Assembly: GCA_947479455.1 (NCBI GenBank)
Contig: CANJZE010000008.1
Location: forward strand, 66,798 to 130,797
Length of the DNA: 64,000 nt
Reading direction: 5' to 3'
Source: Bacteroidota bacterium
GTDB lineage: Bacteria > Bacteroidota > Bacteroidia > Chitinophagales > LD1
Position 1 is the first letter of the stretch. Each line of letters starts with the position of its first letter. Below the pieces are notes generated by a model, which was not told the origin of the DNA, searched no databases, and saw nothing but the letters and a program-made list of their open reading frames with translations. Below are positions 27,309 through 34,070 of this stretch, in pieces. Position numbers and translations under genes: made by a program.

Positions 27309-27883
27309 AAATGATAGAACAATTAAAAAAACACCCAGCCAATTCCAAGCTCGCAATGCTTATCAGACATGCCGACAGAGAGCGTATTCCCGATGGAGAG
27401 TTCGGCAACGAAATTCCCATCAATGAGAAAGGCAAATTGAATGCGATAGCTTTTGGTGAGAAGTTGCAAGGACAACAAGTAAAGAGGATTTTCACGAGTC
27501 CTATTTACCGGTGCATTCAAACAGCGGAACACATAAGTATTGGTTACAACAAGAAACTCGAAATAATAAGCACCAAGAGTCTCGGAGACCCTGGACTTCA
27601 TACCGAAGATGAATTGGTTGCAGGGGAATTTTATTTGAAGTATGGATTCGATGAACTATACAGAAGATTTATTGAAGGGGAAAGCATACCAGGTGTTACC
27701 AGTCCCTCTAATTATCACGCGGCAATGACCAAATTTCTAAAAGAGAACACAACCGAACCCGGTCTTACAATTTTTGTAACTCACGATTCATTGATTGCGT
27801 TCTATGATTTCTGTCTTAGCGGCACAGTTTATACAAAGGAGAATTGGGTAAAGTATCTTTCAGGTCTCATTTTAAACTACTAA
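27305..27883 (+). CDS. Histidine phosphatase (phosphoglycerate mutase-like) family protein
   Basis: LIRHADRE carries the RHG-type catalytic His motif, followed by SPIYRCIQTA and VTHDS. A 4-nt overlap with the upstream gene (ATGA) indicates coupling. Confidence 0.7.
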   Translation: MKMIEQLKKHPANSKLAMLIRHADRERIPDGEFGNEIPINEKGKLNAIAFGEKLQGQQVKRIFTSPIYRCIQTAEHISIGYNKKLEIISTKSLGDPGLHTEDELVAGEFYLKYGFDELYRRFIEGESIPGVTSPSNYHAAMTKFLKENTTEPGLTIFVTHDSLIAFYDFCLSGTVYTKENWVKYLSGLILNY

Positions 27884-27884
27884 T

Positions 27885-28598
27885 ATGAATTGGCAGGACA
27901 TAAAAGTTTCGGCAGACAGCAAACAATTTCTTTTTGAAGGCAAGCCGGTTTTCGAAAAGAAGTTTATTGAGGTTCTGAAGTTTCATCCACCAGGACTTGC
28001 ACCGGTGAAAGATGAAACCGGTGCATACCACATTGATGGTTCAGGAAATAGTCTTTATAGCGAAAGGTATTCAAGAACATTCGGCTACTACTGTAATCGT
28101 GCTACGGTATTTAAGGACGGCAGTTGGCATCATCTTACTGAACAAGGTCAGAGAGCCTATGCTGATTCGTTTTCCTGGACGGGTAATTATCAAGAGAATC
28201 TTTGTCCCGTTCGCGACAGAAACAATAGCTATTTTCATATTGACCTTACCGGCAACCGAATTTATTCCGAGAATTACATTTACTGTGGTGATTTTAAAGA
28301 TGGATATGCTTGCGTAAGAGCATCAAATGGTTTTTACCGGCACATAGACATAAAGGGTGCCTCTTTGAACGGGAAGGAGTTTATTGACCTGGGAATCTTT
28401 CATAAGAACTTTGCTACCGCTAAAGATGGAGGCGGGTGGTTTCATATTGACAAACGTGGTGAAGCAATCTACTCAGACCGATTTTCATCAATCGAACCGT
28501 TTTATAACGGATTAGCTTTGGTAGAAACATTTAACGGCAGAAAGCAGATAATTGATGAAGCAGGAAGCTTAGTATTGAAATTAGACGGGAAGGTTTGA
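27885..28598 (+). CDS. WG-repeat (KWG-like) protein
   Basis: Repeated units of the form DG.a.v.....W..id..G..i occur throughout: DGSWHHLTEQGQRAY, DGYACVRASNGFYRHIDIKG, DGGGWFHIDKRGEAIY, NGLALVETFNGRKQIIDEAG. Confidence 0.6.
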   Translation: MNWQDIKVSADSKQFLFEGKPVFEKKFIEVLKFHPPGLAPVKDETGAYHIDGSGNSLYSERYSRTFGYYCNRATVFKDGSWHHLTEQGQRAYADSFSWTGNYQENLCPVRDRNNSYFHIDLTGNRIYSENYIYCGDFKDGYACVRASNGFYRHIDIKGASLNGKEFIDLGIFHKNFATAKDGGGWFHIDKRGEAIYSDRFSSIEPFYNGLALVETFNGRKQIIDEAGSLVLKLDGKV

Positions 28599-28730
28599 CG
28601 AAAAAATAGTTTGATTTCATTGACACTTCTGTCACATTTATATGCTAAATATCTGACAGCCAGGCTCTATTATTTCGGATATAATACGGATATATCCCAA
28701 GTTTCTTTCCCTTTTCCCGCACATTATAAT

Positions 28731-28788
28731 TATACCAAAAAGGGTATAATTATCGCGAAAATCACTTTTTTATACCCTTTTGGGTATA
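28731..28788. promoter_or_regulatory. Two 18-bp palindromic sites (TATACC-N6-GGTATA), a likely operator pair
   Basis: The sites tataccaaaaagggtata (28731-28748) and tatacccttttgggtata (28771-28788) are near reverse complements of each other with centres 40 bp apart. They lie ~90-150 bp upstream of the HTH gene. A further palindrome gataacat-tggcg-atgttatc (28865-28885) covers its ATG. Confidence 0.5.
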
Positions 28789-28877
28789 AAATTTGGCATC
28801 ATACGATGTGTTGGCGGTCCACACCGTTTGAATTGACAATTCCATAATAACACTATATTTGCACGATAACATTGGCG

Positions 28878-29885
28878 ATGTTATCAAGCAGATTAGCCTA
28901 TAACAACCTTAATATGCAAAATATTATCGAGCAACTGAGTCAAATAACAGGAGTAGAAGTTAAACCGGTAAAAGCCGCTTTATCTTTTGTAAACAAGATA
29001 CCTATCTACTTGAGTAGAGCGTATAAATTTCGTGCGGTGGAAATTGCGGAAAAGAGAATTGTGCTGGCCGAGTTGGTTTCATTGAAAAATATTACACCCG
29101 CCCAATTGAAAAAGCAACAACATCAGTTGGAAGAATTCTGCCAATTGCCAGTTGTGTTTTTGATTGACTATATGGAAGCCTATCTGAGGAAGCGGTTAGT
29201 GGAGATGCAAATCTCATTTATTGTGCCTGGCAAGCAACTCTACATTCCAAGCCTGTTAATTCATTTGAATGAAGTAAAAAGAGGAAAGCCGACAGCTCAA
29301 CGGGAAAAGCTAAGTCCGGCAGCCCAATGCCTGTTGCTGTATCATCTGCAAATAGAGAACCTTGATAAAATGCAATTAAAAATAATTGCAGAAAAAATGA
29401 ATTATTCAGCCATGACAGTTAGTCGTGTGGCAAAGGAACTAATGCAGTTTTCTTTATGCGAAATCATAGGCAAGAAAGAGAAGGCAATTGATTTTCCCAA
29501 GCTCAAAAAAGAAATATGGACAAAGGCATTAAGTGTGGCCACTAATCCTATAATACAGAAAGTGTTTGTAAATCAAATGCCTGTTTCGATTCAACCAGTG
29601 TATGCCGGTGAGACAGCAATGGAGCACTATACTCATTTGAATGCAGGTAAAACAAAAACTGTTGCAATCGGCAAAGAAACATTTGCCAAGCTCAAAAAAG
29701 AAAAGCTCATAGAGCTAAATCCATACGAAGGAAATTACCAGCTTGAAGTTTGGAACTATAATCCTGAATTATTGGGGAAAGGAAATTATGTAGATGTGCT
29801 TTCCCTTTATTTGAGCATGAAGGACGAAAGCGATGAAAGAACTCAAATTGAATTAGAACATTTATTAAACAAAATGAAATGGTAA
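28878..29885 (+). CDS. HTH-containing protein, possible AbiEi-like antitoxin/regulator
   Basis: An internal HTH-like segment reads LKIIAEKMNYSAMTVSRVAKELMQFSL. The stop overlaps the start of the downstream nucleotidyltransferase-like gene (29879-29885). The ATG at 28878 is preferred over the TTG at 28872. Confidence 0.4.
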   Translation: MLSSRLAYNNLNMQNIIEQLSQITGVEVKPVKAALSFVNKIPIYLSRAYKFRAVEIAEKRIVLAELVSLKNITPAQLKKQQHQLEEFCQLPVVFLIDYMEAYLRKRLVEMQISFIVPGKQLYIPSLLIHLNEVKRGKPTAQREKLSPAAQCLLLYHLQIENLDKMQLKIIAEKMNYSAMTVSRVAKELMQFSLCEIIGKKEKAIDFPKLKKEIWTKALSVATNPIIQKVFVNQMPVSIQPVYAGETAMEHYTHLNAGKTKTVAIGKETFAKLKKEKLIELNPYEGNYQLEVWNYNPELLGKGNYVDVLSLYLSMKDESDERTQIELEHLLNKMKW

Positions 29886-30649
29886 GAGGATTAGACGTAT
29901 TTAAAGATTGGTTCAAAGGTTTCCCTGGCAGTTACATTATTATTGGCGGCACTGCTTGCGAAAGGCAATTTGCTGACAGAGGCTTAGCCTTCAGAGCTAC
30001 TAAAGATATTGACTTGGTGTTGGTGATTGAAGCGTTAGATTCTGTTTTTGTAAAACAGTTTTGGGAATTCATTAAGGCGGGTAATTACAATCAAACTCAG
30101 GTGGATGAAAAGGAAAGAAAATATTACCGCTTTGCTAATCCTGCTGATGAAAGTTTTCCGGTGTTGTTGGAATTATTTTCAAAGCGACCAGACGTAATTC
30201 GCGAAATTGAAGGTATGCACCTTACACCAATACCGGTAGAAGAAGACCTGTCAAGTTTGTCCGCAATTTTAATGGATGAGGATTACTATAAATTTACTAT
30301 TGAAAATACACAACAGGTGGAGGAATTGCCTGTTGCTTCTGCCGAAACTTTGATTGCATTGAAAGTGAGCGCATACCTTAATATGCTGGAAAGAGAAAAG
30401 GCGGGTGAGAAAATTGACTCAAAGCACATCAAAAAGCATAAGAATGATGTTCTGCGATTGGCGGTAACGCTTACCCCAGATAGTAAGATAAAGACTTATG
30501 ATAAAATTAAAGCTGACATCAGCGAATACATTCGTTTGATGAAAGAAGAAAAACCCGATGTTAAAGCGATGTTCAAAGAAATGGGTATAGATGGCGTTGA
30601 ATCCGAAACGTTACTTGCCCAATTACAATCAACCTTCTTATCCGAATAG
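29879..30649 (+). CDS. Nucleotidyltransferase-fold protein (AbiEii/DUF1814-like toxin candidate)
   Basis: IIIGGTACERQF...RATKDIDLVLV matches the NTase GG.A...T.DIDL signature. The later segment LIALKVSAY...KHKNDVLRL resembles the AbiEii C-terminal motif. Confidence 0.5.
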   Translation: MVRGLDVFKDWFKGFPGSYIIIGGTACERQFADRGLAFRATKDIDLVLVIEALDSVFVKQFWEFIKAGNYNQTQVDEKERKYYRFANPADESFPVLLELFSKRPDVIREIEGMHLTPIPVEEDLSSLSAILMDEDYYKFTIENTQQVEELPVASAETLIALKVSAYLNMLEREKAGEKIDSKHIKKHKNDVLRLAVTLTPDSKIKTYDKIKADISEYIRLMKEEKPDVKAMFKEMGIDGVESETLLAQLQSTFLSE

Positions 30650-30652
30650 GCC

Positions 30653-31420
30653 TTGCGTAAACAAATCATACAATATTGCTCTGACCTTCACTTAGAGTTT
30701 AAAGCAAATGGAAATTATTTGCTACAAAATCCGTTAGTGCCTAAAGCCGAAATTTTGATTTTAGCAGGTGATATATTGCCCTTCAAGTTATTGGATAAGC
30801 CTTGCGAATTTCTTGATTGGTGTTCTGCAAATTTTAGAATCACTTACTGGATTCCGGGCAACCATGAGTATTATCATTTTGATTTAGCTGATGTAAAAAC
30901 ACCCTTGCACAAGCAGGTAAGAGAGAATGTTATCCTGCTCGACAACCAAACGATTACAAATGAAAATGTCGAACTTATTTTTTGCACCCTTTGGAGCTAC
31001 ATACCACCGCATTATGAATACATCGTGCAACAGAATGTAAACGACTTTCACGTCATTAAAGAAAATGGCAGGCCCATTACTGCAAAAAATTTTAATGCCA
31101 TGCACCAAACCAGTTTAGATTTTTTACAAACTGCGTTGGCTAAACCAACAGACAAGCAACGCATAGTTGTAACGCATCATGTACCCACACTAATGAATTA
31201 CCCTGAGCAATACAAAAACAGCAACATCAATCCGGCATTTGCAGTAGAATTATCCAGCACCATTGAAAATAGTAATGCAACTCATTGGATTTACGGACAT
31301 CACCATCGCAATACTCACGCATTTAAAATAGGCAATACTACTTTGCTCACTAACCAACTGGGTTATGTGCAATACAACGAACACGAGACCTTTAATCATT
31401 CAGCCTTAATTGAGATATAA
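30653..31420 (+). CDS. Calcineurin-like metallophosphoesterase
   Basis: Motifs CSDLHLEF, LAGDI, GNHEY, VVTHHVP and YGHHH are the metallophosphoesterase metal-binding motifs in order. The start is TTG. Confidence 0.75.
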   Translation: MRKQIIQYCSDLHLEFKANGNYLLQNPLVPKAEILILAGDILPFKLLDKPCEFLDWCSANFRITYWIPGNHEYYHFDLADVKTPLHKQVRENVILLDNQTITNENVELIFCTLWSYIPPHYEYIVQQNVNDFHVIKENGRPITAKNFNAMHQTSLDFLQTALAKPTDKQRIVVTHHVPTLMNYPEQYKNSNINPAFAVELSSTIENSNATHWIYGHHHRNTHAFKIGNTTLLTNQLGYVQYNEHETFNHSALIEI

Positions 31421-31443
31421 GTAAGTGACATTTGAGAGGAGCC

Positions 31444-31767
31444 TCACAGTTTTGTTTTCCGCTTAGGTGCTCTTTTGGCGATTGTAATGGCGGCATCTTG
31501 TAGTTTTCTACCAAGTATGTCGTTGGTTGCTACTTCTTTTAAATCGTTTTCCATACCAAGAATAAATAACACTTGCAGATATGAACCGATAGACACTGAG
31601 GTTGCCCCCTTCTCTATTTGCCATATAGTATACCGGCTTACATTTGCCCGCTCCGCTACTTGCTCTGCACTATATTTTCTTCTCAGGCGAGCTAACTTTA
31701 TATTCTCCCCGAGTGTTTGAAGTATTCGCTTTAACCTTGGCAATAAAACAATCTCCTTTTTACTCAT
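31444..31767 (-). CDS. XRE-family helix-turn-helix transcriptional regulator
   Basis: LGENIKLARLRRKYSAEQVAERANVSRYTIWQIEKG is the canonical HTH_3/XRE motif, in a 107-aa product. Confidence 0.8.
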   Translation of the reverse strand: MSKKEIVLLPRLKRILQTLGENIKLARLRRKYSAEQVAERANVSRYTIWQIEKGATSVSIGSYLQVLFILGMENDLKEVATNDILGRKLQDAAITIAKRAPKRKTKL

Positions 31768-31823
31768 AATGTTGGTTTAATTAGGTAAGTATAGTACTAC
31801 TTGTTTAATTAAACCAACATTAT
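31766..31823. promoter_or_regulatory. 18-bp perfect inverted repeat overlapping the XRE gene start (putative operator)
   Basis: ataatgttggtttaatta (31766-31783) and taattaaaccaacattat (31806-31823) are separated by a 22-bp spacer. The repeat lies in the divergent region between the XRE and excisionase-like genes. Confidence 0.5.
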
Positions 31824-31973
31824 GAACCATAAAGGTGAACCATGATTTAAAAGAATTCATCCTTCAATCTGACCGAAACCAATTGCAATTTTCCCTATCG
31901 CAGCTAAAACTTATACTCGAGTGATATAGCAGTGATTGCTGCTTTTCATTTTTAATCAAGTTAAACATAGGTT

Positions 31974-32294
31974 ATGGGTAATATCATTGGCATCGAACTC
32001 GAGTTACTTGAAGAAGTGCTCCGAAAAGTAGTCCGCGAGGAAATGAAGGCGATGAGAGACGAGATAAAAGAAACGCTAATCTCAAAGCGGGAATCATTGC
32101 TACAAGAAGAAAGGCTCAGCACTAATCAGGTTGCAGAAATTCTCGGTGTTACGAGACATACTGTCCTCAGCTATAGGAAGAATGGTGAACTGCCTGAACC
32201 CAAAAGAGACCTATCCGGCAGAGTATACTGGACACCCGCTGAACTTGAAAATGTCTTGCTGCGTAGAGGGATAAAAACGAAGTTCCCTGTCTGA
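31974..32294 (+). CDS. Excisionase/MerR-like helix-turn-helix DNA-binding protein
   Basis: LSTNQVAEILGVTRHTVLSYRKNGELP...GRVYWTPAELENVL is typical of the excisionase-family HTH_17 domain. The gene lies directly upstream of the integrase. Confidence 0.6.
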   Translation: MGNIIGIELELLEEVLRKVVREEMKAMRDEIKETLISKRESLLQEERLSTNQVAEILGVTRHTVLSYRKNGELPEPKRDLSGRVYWTPAELENVLLRRGIKTKFPV

Positions 32295-32343
32295 GTCCAA
32301 AGCTGATTTACAAAGTCAGAGTAATATAAGCAGTATCTGAATC

Positions 32344-33615
32344 ATGAGAGAAATAAAAAAATACGTTCGGTATTACATTCCAATTAGAAAAGCGTGGACT
32401 GACCAAAGTCCGGAGAGACCGAGAAACGTGACAATCAATTTTCATTACGAAGGCAAGCGAACGATAAGCAATACCGGAATAAAGATTGCGCCATGCGATT
32501 GGGACAAATCAAGACAAAGGGTGAAATTGACAGTAAAGCGCTCAACAGAAATAAACCGGTATTTGGATTTGTTAGAGGAAAAAATTAACGACATATATTT
32601 CGGTGGTAAGGCGAAGGATATTTTAGTTGATACTCATTACATATTAAAGGAACTTAGAAAAGATAAAAACAAGGAACGGACTTCCTTCTTCGAAGAGTGG
32701 GATAGGTATATCGAAATTCAAAAGAGCCGATTAAGGAATTCATCCATAATCAGCATACGCACTTCATACAAACACTTCAAGAAATTCATCAAAGGCGAGA
32801 GAATTGATTTCAATGATATTAAACCAGAACTGATGGCGAATTATGCGAAGTATCTGCTCGGCATCGGTCTTGTAAACAATACCATTCACAACAATATAAA
32901 GCGGCTCAAAACATTCATGAACTATGCAAGGAATATGGGGCTGCATGACAATATAAAATACAAGCAGTTCAATATTCCTGAGAAAGTTGGAAGAATCCGA
33001 TTCCTTGAGTGGGATGAAGTCAAACTCTTAATGGATTACAAACCTGAAACGGAACTCGAACAGAAGGTGCTCGATAATTTTCTCTTTGGTTGTCTGACTG
33101 CTATGCGTTTCTCTGACTATCATGCTTTGGAGAAAGACGCCATCGTGAAAATTAAGTTCGATGACTCTGATGAAGTTTATTATGCTGCTCATGTTCGTCA
33201 TGTCAAAACAGATAACATAACAGTTGTTCCGCTATTGCCCGAAGCAATGGCGATTATTGAACGCAACCAGAACAGCAAGAGTAAATTCGCTCTTCCGCGG
33301 CTTTACGGACAAAAAATAAATCGCCTAATGAAGGATATTGGCAAGAAGGTGGGTCTAACAGGTAAGCTGCCTATTGACATATTCAAAGGGGATAAACGCG
33401 AAACTATCTACAAGGAAAAGTGGGAGCTTTTGACTACGCACCTCGGTAGGCGCACATTCATCAGTATCGCTGCTACTAAGGGCATTCCAATAAACATCGT
33501 GGCTGCCATTGCCGGTCAAAATCCTAAAACCACGATGAAGCATTATGCAGGAGTTGTAGACAGGGAAAGATTTGTTCGTATCGTGAACGACATGAAATTT
33601 TCTACTACTCAATAG
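32344..33615 (+). CDS. Tyrosine-type site-specific recombinase/integrase (Bacteroidetes phage-integrase type)
   Basis: An N-terminal arm/SAM-like region is followed by the catalytic-domain motifs GCLTAMRFSDY (Arg box), LTTHLGRRTF (H-x-x-R), AGQNPKTTMKHY (His...Tyr nucleophile). Confidence 0.85.
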   Translation: MREIKKYVRYYIPIRKAWTDQSPERPRNVTINFHYEGKRTISNTGIKIAPCDWDKSRQRVKLTVKRSTEINRYLDLLEEKINDIYFGGKAKDILVDTHYILKELRKDKNKERTSFFEEWDRYIEIQKSRLRNSSIISIRTSYKHFKKFIKGERIDFNDIKPELMANYAKYLLGIGLVNNTIHNNIKRLKTFMNYARNMGLHDNIKYKQFNIPEKVGRIRFLEWDEVKLLMDYKPETELEQKVLDNFLFGCLTAMRFSDYHALEKDAIVKIKFDDSDEVYYAAHVRHVKTDNITVVPLLPEAMAIIERNQNSKSKFALPRLYGQKINRLMKDIGKKVGLTGKLPIDIFKGDKRETIYKEKWELLTTHLGRRTFISIAATKGIPINIVAAIAGQNPKTTMKHYAGVVDRERFVRIVNDMKFSTTQ

Positions 33616-33683
33616 TCTCCTTACAATTTTTGTAACTAAAGCATTGACTCAATAGTTGAGCAGGAGCCAGTAGAAAAAATTCG

Positions 33684-34068
33684 GCTTACACAGACTTTTA
33701 CACAAACATTACTACCAGATGCTACCAGAAGTTACTCTCTAATTATGATAATGGTGCTTCAAAACTTCTTCTATATTTGACTTTCATTCTTGATAGAGAG
33801 GTAAGTTCTTTGAATTATAGGTAACCACCTGGCTGGTGAGCGGCTCAGGTGGGACCACAAGATAGTGTAGCGAAACCCTTGTCTGGCAAGGGTTTCGCTC
33901 TTCTTTAGAATCTGCTTACACAGATTTTTACACAAACTCGATACTTGTTTTACCAATGAAAGTCCCTGAGTAATAAAAGCTATGTTCTCTTGATGGATAG
34001 AACGTTCCTTACTGGTGCGTAGTGCAAGTGGGACGACAAAGGGTTGCTCGAAGGAGCAGCCCTTTTTT
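33684..34068 (+). repeat. Two tandem diverged units, each with a 24-nt TTACACA-containing box, conserved internal blocks and a terminator hairpin (candidate sRNA pair and/or att region)
   Basis: gcttacacagacttttacacaaac (33684-33707) and gcttacacagatttttacacaaac (33914-33937) match at 23/24. Shared blocks are cttgatagagag.../cttgatggatag... and ctggtgagcggctcaggtgggaccacaa/ctggtgcgtagtgcaagtgggacgacaa. Terminator-like hairpins lie at 33870-33898 and at 34041-34062 plus a T6 run. Confidence 0.4.
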
Positions 34069-34070
34069 AT

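Larger units (their letters stand above)
31444..33937. mobile_element. Integration/excision module marking one end of an integrative element (XRE repressor, excisionase-like HTH, tyrosine integrase, putative arm sites); the other boundary is not identified
   Basis: The call rests on gene content plus TTACACA heptamer pairs at 33686/33698 and 33916/33928 just beyond the integrase. No matching distal att repeat was found by eye in the window. Confidence 0.45.

Noticed and set aside
28611-28847. A 78-aa ORF in the intergenic region upstream of the HTH gene
   Set aside because: It covers the TATACC-N6-GGTATA palindromes. Its composition and position indicate non-coding operator/promoter DNA.
33771-33956. 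A 61-aa minus-strand ORF beyond the integrase
   Set aside because: It lies across the tandem sRNA-like/arm-site units and their terminator hairpin. No coding signal was seen.
33616-34070. A tRNA or tmRNA gene as the integration target next to the integrase
   Set aside because: I could not find a cloverleaf or a GGTTCGAATCC-type T-arm here or elsewhere in the window. The region is reported instead as sRNA-like tandem units. tRNAscan/ARAGORN should confirm.
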